A program made the translations under genes and the position numbers. Shown here in pieces: positions 39,536 through 48,258 of a stretch of DNA of 64,000 bases (position 1 is its first letter; every line of letters begins with the position of its first letter). This DNA is from Trueperaceae bacterium. Lineage in GTDB: Bacteria > Deinococcota > Deinococci > Deinococcales > Trueperaceae. Below the pieces are notes generated by a model. The model was not told where the DNA came from and made no database searches. It was given only the letters and a program-made list of their open reading frames with translations. Where the stretch lies: NCBI GenBank assembly GCA_965215565.1, contig CBDCDZ010000004.1, positions 1,920,001 through 1,984,000 of the forward strand. Reading direction: 5' to 3'.

Positions 39536-40672
39536 CTATGCACTACCTAAAACCTCGAGCGCTCGCCCAACCGCCTGACCATACCCAACCTCTCGCCCCA
39601 ACTCACGCAACACATCCTCTAAAACCGCCACAATCGTCACCGCGTCATAGGGGTCCGCGTAGCCCATGACCGAGGGGCGAAAGAGCACGGGCTTGGCGTG
39701 GTCTTGACCGCCTGCGATACGCACACCTCTTGCTGCGAAGCCTTTAACGATGTCAGGTGCTGCAACCTCTTCCGGCGCACGTAAAGCTGCCACCGCCGGG
39801 CTGACGCGCTCAGCGTAGGCGCAGCAACCTGTTACCTTTGCCGCTTCAATAATCGCCCTATTCATCCGCTCGCGCCGCGCCCAGACGTTTTCGATGCCCT
39901 CGTCCAAGAGCATATCCAGCGCTACGTTCAGTCCGTAAACGAGGCTCACCGCAGGCGTATACGCCGTTTGCCCTTTTTGCTGACTTTTGCGCTCTTTATG
40001 CAAATCTAAGTAAAAGGTTGGCGTGTCGCCCCCTCGCGCCCAAGCTCGCTCAGAGAGCCACGCGAAGGCGAGTCCAGGCGGCGTCATCAGCCCTTTTTGA
40101 CTCCCGGAGAAGATGCCGTCTAGGTTCCACTCCTTGGGTCTAAGCTCCGTCACGCCTAAGCTCGTCACACAGTCCACCAGAAAGAGGGCGTCGGGTGTGG
40201 TTTCGTGAATGACTCGAGCAATTCCTTTAACATCGTGCAGTGCACCCGTCGAAGTCTCCGAATGCGTGGTCATCACGGCGGCGGTGTCAGGGTGTTCGTT
40301 TAAGAGGTCGCGGACCGCTTCAAGATTGGCGACGTGGCCCCACTCGAGCCCCATCTCCACCACCTCATACCCGAAGTGCCGCGCCAGCTTGACCCAGCGC
40401 TCGCCGAACTTGCCCGCGTTGATACCAAGTAACTTGCTGCCACGCGGTATGGACGCGAGCAAGCCCGCCTCGAAACCCGCCGTGCCGCTACCCGCTAGAA
40501 TCAGCACGTCTTCACCAGGTACTTGCGCGAGTCGCGCTAACTTCTCCCGTACTTCTACAAAGAGGTGCTTAAAGGCGTCCGTACGGTGGTGGATCATTGG
40601 ACGCGCCAACGCTTCTAGGACTTGCGGTGGGACTTCGACGGGACCGGGGGCTAAGAGGCGGGGTTTATACAT
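39536..40672 (-). CDS. Class V PLP aminotransferase (serine/alanine-glyoxylate type)
   Basis: 'LLAPGP', 'HSETSTG', 'VDCVTS', PLP lysine in 'SGSQKGLMTPPG'. Confidence 0.92.
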   Translation of the reverse strand: MYKPRLLAPGPVEVPPQVLEALARPMIHHRTDAFKHLFVEVREKLARLAQVPGEDVLILAGSGTAGFEAGLLASIPRGSKLLGINAGKFGERWVKLARHFGYEVVEMGLEWGHVANLEAVRDLLNEHPDTAAVMTTHSETSTGALHDVKGIARVIHETTPDALFLVDCVTSLGVTELRPKEWNLDGIFSGSQKGLMTPPGLAFAWLSERAWARGGDTPTFYLDLHKERKSQQKGQTAYTPAVSLVYGLNVALDMLLDEGIENVWARRERMNRAIIEAAKVTGCCAYAERVSPAVAALRAPEEVAAPDIVKGFAARGVRIAGGQDHAKPVLFRPSVMGYADPYDAVTIVAVLEDVLRELGREVGYGQAVGRALEVLGSA

Positions 40673-42246
40673 CAGAGCCTGACCACGCTCAAACTCCGCA
40701 GTACGTTCGGCAAGCTCCGCAGCACATCCAAGACCTCTTCGGAGGGGGCTTGATCAAGCGTCAAAACGAACAGGGCTAAGCCGTCTTCGCCGACTCTCGA
40801 GAGTTGCATCCCCGAAATATTCACGCCCGCGTCGCCTAAAACCGTACCGACTTTACCCACTGCGCCGGGGCGGTCATAGTTGGTGCAAATCAGCATCGTT
40901 CCTTCGGGGCGCAGTTCGATGGGGAAGCCGTCAACTGAGACGATGCGCGGGTCCGTGCCCAAAACCGTGCCGCCGACGCTGACGCTGTGACCATTTGAGG
41001 TCGCCGTGACCATCACGTGACTCAGGTAGCCGCGGCTGCGCGAGGCGGTCACTTTGGAGACGCGAATGTCGCGCTCTTTGGCAATCGCGGAGGCGTTGAT
41101 ATAGTTGGGCGGCTCGTCCAAAATGGGTTCTAAATACCCTTTCGTCGCCGCCACCGCAATCGGATCGGGGTCTATTGGAAAGGTTCCCGAGAACTCGATT
41201 TGCAGCTCGCGCACGCGCCCTTTGGCGAGTTGGGCGATCATCTTACCCAAAGCCTCGCCAACTTTGAGGTGCGGTCCTAGTGCAGCGACGACTTCGGGCG
41301 CTAAGGCAGGTGCGTTGACGACGCCTCTCGAGAGGTCGCCCTGGAGCGCCAACGCCGTGCGCTCCAAAATCTCCGCGCCGACTCGAGCTTGCGCCTCTTG
41401 CGTGTTCGCGCCTAGGTGCGCCGTTAAAACAACATCGTCACGCTGCAAAAGGGGATGGTCAACCGAAGGGGGCTCTAAAACGTATACGTCCAAGCCTGCG
41501 CCGAAGAGCTTGCCGCTCTCGAGCGCTTCTAAGAGCGCCTCTTCTTGAATGATACCGCCCCGCGCCGCGTTCACCACAATCGCTTTGTCGGGCAAGCAAG
41601 CGAGTTCCGCCGCGCCGATCATTCCCGTCGTCTCGTCGGTAAGAGGCGTGTGGACTGTTAAAAAAACCGACTGAGAGAGCATCTCTTGCAGGTTGTCAAA
41701 GAGTTTTATCTTTAGGTCGTCGGCGCGGTGGCGCGAGATGTAGGGGTCGTACGCCATCACGCTCATGCCTAAGCCTTGCGCCCGCCGCGCCACGAGCGAG
41801 CCGATACGCCCGAGCCCCACAATACCGAGCCGCGCCCCTTTGACCTCTCGCCCTAAGAACTTCCGGTCCCAGGTGCCGCTGCGAATGAGTTTGTCCGAGC
41901 GGCTCACCCCTCGTGCGGCGCTAAGCATCAAGGCAATCGCGAGTTCTGCCGCTGAGACGTTGTTCGCTTCGGGCGCGTTGAGGACCAAAAGACCTCTTCG
42001 GCTGGCAGCGTCTAAATCGATGTTATCTACCCCAACGCCGCCCCGCCCGATCACTTTGAGGTTTTTCGCCGCCTTGATAAGCGCCTCGTCCACCTGCGTG
42101 CGGCTGCGCGTGATGATGCCGTCGTAGTCGTGAACGATATCTAAGAGGCCTTCGCGGGAGATGCCCGCTTGGTAGTCCACCTCGATGTCTGGATACGTTT
42201 TATCGCCTAGTTGAATGGTGTCCGTTACGAGTACTCTATACGCCAT
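40672..42246 (-). CDS. serA: D-3-phosphoglycerate dehydrogenase (with ASB and ACT domains)
   Basis: 'GRGGVGVDNID', 'GLGRIG', 'HLGANTQEAQ', ACT 'DRPGAVGKVG'. Confidence 0.95.
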   Translation of the reverse strand: MAYRVLVTDTIQLGDKTYPDIEVDYQAGISREGLLDIVHDYDGIITRSRTQVDEALIKAAKNLKVIGRGGVGVDNIDLDAASRRGLLVLNAPEANNVSAAELAIALMLSAARGVSRSDKLIRSGTWDRKFLGREVKGARLGIVGLGRIGSLVARRAQGLGMSVMAYDPYISRHRADDLKIKLFDNLQEMLSQSVFLTVHTPLTDETTGMIGAAELACLPDKAIVVNAARGGIIQEEALLEALESGKLFGAGLDVYVLEPPSVDHPLLQRDDVVLTAHLGANTQEAQARVGAEILERTALALQGDLSRGVVNAPALAPEVVAALGPHLKVGEALGKMIAQLAKGRVRELQIEFSGTFPIDPDPIAVAATKGYLEPILDEPPNYINASAIAKERDIRVSKVTASRSRGYLSHVMVTATSNGHSVSVGGTVLGTDPRIVSVDGFPIELRPEGTMLICTNYDRPGAVGKVGTVLGDAGVNISGMQLSRVGEDGLALFVLTLDQAPSEEVLDVLRSLPNVLRSLSVVRL

Positions 42247-42376
42247 ATGCAGCCAGGATACCGCAACAGCGCGGTAAAATCTCTCACTTTGCAACGGAAG
42301 AAAGAGGTGAAAGAGAAAAGGACTGAGAGAAAAGTAAAAACCTCTTTCTACTCAGCCCTTTTCTCTTTTCTCTGGT

Positions 42377-42853
42377 TTATCGTCTCCGTCCCAAATCAGT
42401 AAAGCTAGGCAACCTCGGCGACGGCAGCGCATATGCCCAGAGCGCCGCGCCGAAAAAGAGCGTGCCCCAGGCGAACGCGACGGACGCTAGCGTTGTGCTG
42501 AGAGCGAAGGGGAGCGTGGAGGACCAAACGAGCAAGATGATCCCGTAAAGTGCAGCGAGTATAGCGGGCACGGCGGCGACGCGCACACGCTGAGGTCGGT
42601 AAAAGCGCGGTGCGGTGCGGAGAAGCAGAGTGGCGACGCCGACGCTTAAAAGCGCAATGAGGACGACGCCGACGTTGAAACCATCTATCAAAATAACGCG
42701 GCGCAAGACGTAGATGAGGTGAACCGCCCAGGGAAGCAAGCTCGCGAGCAGCACTTCGGGGATGCGCTGCAACCCTAGCGCGCGGCGGGCGATGAGACCG
42801 GCGATGAAACCGAATAAAAGGGCGAAGATGCCGAAGCGGAAGAGGAGCCTCAT
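42377..42853 (-). CDS. Hypothetical membrane protein
   Basis: Several TM segments; TAATG-coupled to recG. Confidence 0.7.
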   Translation of the reverse strand: MRLLFRFGIFALLFGFIAGLIARRALGLQRIPEVLLASLLPWAVHLIYVLRRVILIDGFNVGVVLIALLSVGVATLLLRTAPRFYRPQRVRVAAVPAILAALYGIILLVWSSTLPFALSTTLASVAFAWGTLFFGAALWAYALPSPRLPSFTDLGRRR

Positions 42854-45219
42854 TAAATCACCTCTCTAAAACCAACCGTCTCGATGCGCCGCCGCAGCTC
42901 ATCACGCAGCCGCCGCGCCCAGGGAGCCTCCAACTTGGGGTCAGCCTCGAGCATCTTCTTGGCTAACTCCCTTGACTTCTCGATGATGTCCCCGTCCTGC
43001 GCCAAATCTCCTAAAACAAGGTCAGGCATCCCCGACTGCCGCGTCCCGCGAATCTCACCGGGGCCGCGCAGCTCCAAATCCTTCTCCGCGATCACGAACC
43101 CGTCCGCGTGTTTCTCAATCACGCCTAAGCGGTGCTGCGTCTTTTTGGAGCGGTCCCCGGCGACGAGTACGCAGAAGCTTTCAAACTCACCGCGCCCAAC
43201 GCGCCCGCGAAGCTGGTGAAGCTGTGAAAGCCCAAAGCGCTCGGCGTTTTCAACGATCATTAAGCTCGCATTGGGAATATCTACACCGACTTCAATCACC
43301 GTGGTCGAGACCAAGAGGTCGAACTCGCGGCGGCGAAAACGTTCCATGATCTCGTCCTTTTCGGTGCCCGTCATCTTGCCGTGGAGCATTTCGGTGCGGC
43401 AGGCTTGCGGCATAATCTGTTGCAAGTCTTCAAACATCTGCGTGGTCGAGACGATGTTGTCTAGGGCTTCACTCTCTTCGATTAAAGGTGTGACGAGATA
43501 AACCTGCCGCCCCTTTTGAATCTCGCCCCAGGCGAAGCGGTAGACCTCTCTGCGTTTGGAATCGTTCACTAAGCGCGTCTTGACCCCTTTGCGCCCCGGC
43601 GGGAGTTCGTCGATGATGGAGAGTTCCAAGTCGCCGTAGTAGGTTAAAGCCAAACTACGAGGGATTGGAGTGGCACTCATCACCAGCACGTCGGGGAGGT
43701 TGCCTAGGAGTTTGCGCCGCTGCTCCACGCCGAAGCGGTGCTCCTCGTCAATCACCGCTAAGCCGAGATTGCGAAAGTCCACGCCCTCTTGGATGAGCGC
43801 GTGCGTCCCTACGGCTAAGTCGGTCTGTGAAGAACGCAGCCTATCTCGCGCCGCGTTACGTTCTCGCAAACTCGCTGAGCCGATGAAGAGGTCGCTCTCG
43901 ACGCCCAGCGGGTAGAGGTACTGAATCAGGTTGAGGTAGTGCTGCCGCGCTAAGATTTCGGTGGGAGCCATGAGCGCGGCTTGATACCCGTTTTGAATTG
44001 CCACGTAAATCGCCGCCGCCGCCACTGCCGTTTTCCCCGAGCCCACATCGCCCTGGAGGAGCCGCGCCATCTGTTTAGGGTTTTTCATGTCGGCGCTGAT
44101 TTCGTCCAGCACGCGCTTCTGGGCTTTAGTGAATTTGAAAGGCAGGCTGTCCTCAAAGGTCTGCAAATCGTTCTTGCGGACCTTGAACTTTTTACCCAAA
44201 AGGGTTGTGTCGCGGTTTAGGAGGACACGCAGCTCGAGAAACAAAAACTCGTCGAATTTCAAACGTCTGAGCGCAGCTTGAAGAGGTTTCTCGCCGGTGG
44301 GAAGGTGGATTTCGCGCAGTGCAGTGTCTAAAGGAATGAGGTTGTAACGCTCTAGCACGCTCTTCGGCAAATGGTCAGGGATAACGGTCAATGCGTCTAG
44401 TAAACGGTGCGCCGCGCGGCGCAGATATGCTTGTGACAGCCCCTGCGCCGTGCCGTAAAGCCCGACGATGCGCCCCGTCGAGAGGCTCTCGCCCTCGTCG
44501 TCAATCTCATGATGCGCCGCTGCTAAGTCGATATAGCGCCCTTTTTTCTTGACCTTACCTGTGACGATAATCTTTTGACCGGGGAAGAGTTGCTTTTCTA
44601 ACCAAGGTTGATTGAACCAAACCACCGTGAGCTTCGCGCCGAGCGAATCCTCCAGAAACGCCCGCACCACCGTCATCCCGCGCTTGCTCTTCGTCGCCTT
44701 GCGCCCGGTGATGATGCCCGAGACGGTAGCGGATTCGTCGTCTTGCAAGGCGGAGAAGGTCGGCAAGACGCGGCGGTCTTCGTAGCGTTTGGGGTAGTGG
44801 TACAAGAGGTCGCGGTAGGTTTTGAGACCGACAGGGGCGAGCTTTTTGGGCGCTTGTGCGCCGAAGTCTACGAGTTTATCCGCGATGTCTTTATCTAAGT
44901 CGTCGCTGCTTAGGGAGTCGCTCGAGTCTCTAGCCACCTCTTTAAGAGGTGGCGGATAAGGGTCGGGCGCTGGACTTTGCTGCTGCGGTTGTGCGCCTAC
45001 CTCCAACATCCCCAAGGCCTGCTCCAACCTCTCCGAGCGCTCCTCCGGTGTGAGGCTGCCGTAGCCGTTCATCACGCTGCGCACGTCGGCAAAGGGTGCA
45101 CCCACCGTCGCGACGAGCTTTTCTAAGCCGCCCACCACCACCGAATCTTGACAGCCATTTCTAAGCTCTCGCTCCAAAGGGCGTCTAAGTCTGCTGCGCA
45201 ATTCCTCAACCGTTGCCAC
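42853..45219 (-). CDS. recG: ATP-dependent DNA helicase RecG
   Basis: 'QGDVGSGKT', 'DEEHRFG', 'SATPIPR', 'QLRGRVGR', 'DLELRGPGE'. Confidence 0.97.
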   Translation of the reverse strand: MATVEELRSRLRRPLERELRNGCQDSVVVGGLEKLVATVGAPFADVRSVMNGYGSLTPEERSERLEQALGMLEVGAQPQQQSPAPDPYPPPLKEVARDSSDSLSSDDLDKDIADKLVDFGAQAPKKLAPVGLKTYRDLLYHYPKRYEDRRVLPTFSALQDDESATVSGIITGRKATKSKRGMTVVRAFLEDSLGAKLTVVWFNQPWLEKQLFPGQKIIVTGKVKKKGRYIDLAAAHHEIDDEGESLSTGRIVGLYGTAQGLSQAYLRRAAHRLLDALTVIPDHLPKSVLERYNLIPLDTALREIHLPTGEKPLQAALRRLKFDEFLFLELRVLLNRDTTLLGKKFKVRKNDLQTFEDSLPFKFTKAQKRVLDEISADMKNPKQMARLLQGDVGSGKTAVAAAAIYVAIQNGYQAALMAPTEILARQHYLNLIQYLYPLGVESDLFIGSASLRERNAARDRLRSSQTDLAVGTHALIQEGVDFRNLGLAVIDEEHRFGVEQRRKLLGNLPDVLVMSATPIPRSLALTYYGDLELSIIDELPPGRKGVKTRLVNDSKRREVYRFAWGEIQKGRQVYLVTPLIEESEALDNIVSTTQMFEDLQQIMPQACRTEMLHGKMTGTEKDEIMERFRRREFDLLVSTTVIEVGVDIPNASLMIVENAERFGLSQLHQLRGRVGRGEFESFCVLVAGDRSKKTQHRLGVIEKHADGFVIAEKDLELRGPGEIRGTRQSGMPDLVLGDLAQDGDIIEKSRELAKKMLEADPKLEAPWARRLRDELRRRIETVGFREVI

Positions 45220-45279
45220 GTGTTTTATTGTACCTGCTGTGGTGGATGTTCCAACGTTTTTGGGTAAGCCGTTAGCGTT

Positions 45280-45650
45280 TCATTTGAGCCAGTAGTAAAG
45301 AGGTGAGTCTTCCGCTGCTGATTCAAAATAATCTCTTCCTGTACGGGGTTCTTTCGTTGTCGGTTCGCATTCCTCTACCATTATTAAGGACGCCATAGTG
45401 GGTCACGCTTGAAGGTCAAGTTTTTGAAGCCAACGGTTGTCTCTTTAACCTTCGGTGGTATCGCGTCAACCCATTTCTTCTGATATTCGCATAGGCTCCC
45501 TCGATTTGCTCCGCCTCGCATAGCTGGAAATCTCAACTGTACATGGTCATCTTCCCAACCACAGACACAGCAAATGTCGTAACTACCAGGCGGTTCGTCG
45601 AAAGTTAAAAAGCCGCAAACTGGACACGTGAATGATTCGCTGTTGTCCAT
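45280..45650 (-). pseudogene. CPCC cysteine-rich family protein, apparently frameshifted
   Basis: 'CPVCG...YDICCVCGWEDD...GGANRGSL'; a shifted frame continues ...SAAEDSPLYYWLK* to 45280. Confidence 0.65.
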
Positions 45651-45687
45651 AGCTTCTAAATTTTAACCGTTTATACTCGAGAAAGAA

Positions 45688-45897
45688 ATGAGCTATAAGG
45701 TTAAAAATTTCCGTGACATGGAGCGAACGCTCATCACCTCTTCCGACGAGTTACCCGACTTTAGCAAGATGACCGCTGAAGAGGAGGCTGAGTTTTGGGA
45801 GACCCATGACTTTGCTGAGGGTGTTCTTGAAGAGGGACCAGAGATAGATGCTGAGGTCTACGACGCGCTCGGTATTGAAAATTCTAAAAAGCACTAG
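45688..45897 (+). CDS. CopG/BrnA-like antitoxin N-terminal domain, orphan
   Basis: 'LPDF...EEEAEFWETHD' motif; no toxin gene adjacent. Confidence 0.6.
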   Translation: MSYKVKNFRDMERTLITSSDELPDFSKMTAEEEAEFWETHDFAEGVLEEGPEIDAEVYDALGIENSKKH

Positions 45898-45903
45898 CTT
45901 GAT

Positions 45904-46323
45904 TCAACCTCTTTGCGCCATTGGATGTCCAGGAACAAACTCGAGCAAGTCCCACAAGTTCCCGTATAAGTCCTTAAATACTGCAACCATGCCGTACTCC
46001 GCCTCTTCGGGTTCTCTCACGAACTCAACCCCTCTCGAGACCATCTCGTTATAGTCGCGCCAAAAGTCGTCGGTGCTGAGAAATAAGAAAACCCTGCCGC
46101 CGGACTGGTTGCCGATGAAGGGTTCTTGTTCGCGTTTTGAGGCTCGAGCTAAAAGAAGCGTGGTGCCACCCCCGCCCGGCGGAGCTACCACAACCCAGCG
46201 TTTATCTTGTTCGGGCTGGTAGGAGTCCTCGAGGAGTGTGAAATGAAGTGTCTCGGTATAAAAAGCGATAGCCTCGTCGTACTCTCGGACGACTAAGGCT
46301 ATGTGCGCGATGGACTGTTTCAT
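45904..46323 (-). CDS. VOC/glyoxalase family protein
   Basis: 'IALVVREYDEAIAFY', 'RWVVVAP', 'VFKDLYGNLWDL'. Confidence 0.92.
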   Translation of the reverse strand: MKQSIAHIALVVREYDEAIAFYTETLHFTLLEDSYQPEQDKRWVVVAPPGGGGTTLLLARASKREQEPFIGNQSGGRVFLFLSTDDFWRDYNEMVSRGVEFVREPEEAEYGMVAVFKDLYGNLWDLLEFVPGHPMAQRG

Positions 46324-46373
46324 ACGGGCCTCCGCTTGACAGCGTAAGGCTAGAGCCCTGACCCTTTCAACTC

Positions 46374-46670
46374 CTACAGCGAACTGTACGCGGGCACGTA
46401 CTCCCACAGCACGGGCTCAGGGGCGAAGAAGGGATCGAAGACGAGGTGAAGCTCGTCTAAGGCGGTGCTCGTGATGTTGGGGCTAAAAACGGCCCAGCCG
46501 AGCCCTTCGCGCGCTTTAGCGTTGCCCTTTTCGAAGCCGTAGTCGAGCAGGTCGCCGTGGCGGGCGTGCCAGACGGCTAAGGCTTTGAGCAAGAAGAGGT
46601 GCGCGCCCTCTTTGACCTTGACCGAGACCATCACGTGTTCGTCTAAGTAGCTAGGTGGTGAAATGTTCAT
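46374..46670 (-). CDS. Hypothetical protein
   Basis: ATG 46670 with TAAAGT 7 nt upstream. Confidence 0.6.
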   Translation of the reverse strand: MNISPPSYLDEHVMVSVKVKEGAHLFLLKALAVWHARHGDLLDYGFEKGNAKAREGLGWAVFSPNITSTALDELHLVFDPFFAPEPVLWEYVPAYSSL

Positions 46671-46955
46671 GTTCATCACTTTAGGAGATGGAGTCTTACA
46701 GTTTTCTGACCGTCGCACCTCGGCGCGTGTTTCGAGGGCACACCGACAGCCTAGAGTCAGCGCGGCGCGGCGCGTGTAAAAAACGTCAATCTTCGCCTGT
46801 GAGGACGCTCACACCTCGTGTGCAAGTGAGATAGTTCCTCAGGCAGCGGTGCTATACTCAGCGAACGGGGCGGTAAGACGTGCGGTTGAGGCGTGAAGTT
46901 GAGATGTGCAGTTGAGACGCCAAGATATCAATTCAGTTTATTCGAGTAGGTGCGC

Positions 46956-48125
46956 ATGACCCAGATACGTGACTTTTTCTCCTGGCTCTTCACTGAGCTG
47001 CGCGACTCCCTAGTAGAGACGTTCGGACTCTTTGACCCAGAGGCCACGACGACGAGGGACGTGCTCGCCGACGCACTCAACCAACTGCTCGTCTCCGCGC
47101 TCCTCGTTCTACTTTTCGTAGGCGCGTATATCGCGCTCCGTTCGGGGCTGCGCTTCGTCTTAAAGCGCACCAATTTGAGCAGCAGCATCACGGGACCGGT
47201 CACGGTGGCGCTACGCTACATGATGATCGTGCTCGGAGGTTTAGCGGTGATGTCGCAACTCGGCGTGCCCAACCAGTTTTCCGCGAACGCGGCGCGCGCC
47301 GCCGTAGTCGCGTTCCTCTTCTATTTGGGTTGGATCATCTCGCAGAAACTGCTCAGCAACGTGACGGGGCGCTACAGCCTCGATCAGTCGATCTTGCAGC
47401 TTCTGCGCAACGTCGTCTCGGTGGTGCTCGTCGCGTTCGGCGTCGCCGCAGTCCTCTCGCAGTTCGATGTGGACATCGTGGCGGCGGTGGGGGCTCTGGG
47501 CATTGCGGGCATCGCGGTGGGCTTCGCAGCGCAAGACACGCTATCGAATTTCATTTCAGGCGTGACGCTTCTGGTCGAGCGTCCCTTTCGCATCGGCGAT
47601 TGGGTCGAAATTAACGGGCAAGTTGGCAAGGTCAAAGAGATTACTTTGCGCAACACGCTGCTCGTCACCCGCGATAACATCGTTACGCACATTCCCAACG
47701 CGAGCGTCGGTTCGTCAGACATTATCAACTTTAGCGCGGGCGGGCCCTTACGCATCAACCTCCCTATCGGCATCGCATATAAGGAGTCCACCAAGCACGC
47801 CCGCAAGGTCATCATGCCGATTCTTCAGGCGGACGAGCGCGTGATGCGTCTGCCCGCGCCGAGCGTCCGGCTCGTCGAACTCGGCGACTCGTCTGTGAAC
47901 CTCATGATGGTCTACTGGATCGAGCCGAGTAACATCGCCATCGAGCCAAAGATCAGCGCGGATATCTTGGAGGCGAGCAAAGAGGCGCTAGACGAAGCGG
48001 GCATCGAAATTCCCTTCCCGCACCTGCAACTCTTTGTGGACGGCGCGGATGGGCTCAAGCCGGTGATGGAGCCGCTTTACTCGGCGAACCAGCCGTTACA
48101 AAGTCAGCCTAAGCAGCCACGCTGA
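46956..48125 (+). CDS. mscS: Small-conductance mechanosensitive channel family protein
   Basis: 'GIAVGFAAQDTLSNFISG', 'RPFRIGDWV', 'GIEIPFP'. Confidence 0.92.
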   Translation: MTQIRDFFSWLFTELRDSLVETFGLFDPEATTTRDVLADALNQLLVSALLVLLFVGAYIALRSGLRFVLKRTNLSSSITGPVTVALRYMMIVLGGLAVMSQLGVPNQFSANAARAAVVAFLFYLGWIISQKLLSNVTGRYSLDQSILQLLRNVVSVVLVAFGVAAVLSQFDVDIVAAVGALGIAGIAVGFAAQDTLSNFISGVTLLVERPFRIGDWVEINGQVGKVKEITLRNTLLVTRDNIVTHIPNASVGSSDIINFSAGGPLRINLPIGIAYKESTKHARKVIMPILQADERVMRLPAPSVRLVELGDSSVNLMMVYWIEPSNIAIEPKISADILEASKEALDEAGIEIPFPHLQLFVDGADGLKPVMEPLYSANQPLQSQPKQPR

Positions 48126-48258
48126 CTACTGACTTTGACATTACTAACTGATACATCGGTCAAGGAAACGGTCTACATACGATCTACATATGGTGCGCGC
48201 CCCTCTTAAAGTCACACGCCGACGTGCCTGAAGGGGCGGGGTTTGCTAGCATGAAGAG

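Noticed and set aside
48195..48245. IS200/IS605-like end hairpin (GCCCCT...AGGGGC)
   Set aside because: There is no tnpA/tnpB or partner end nearby, so the evidence is too weak.
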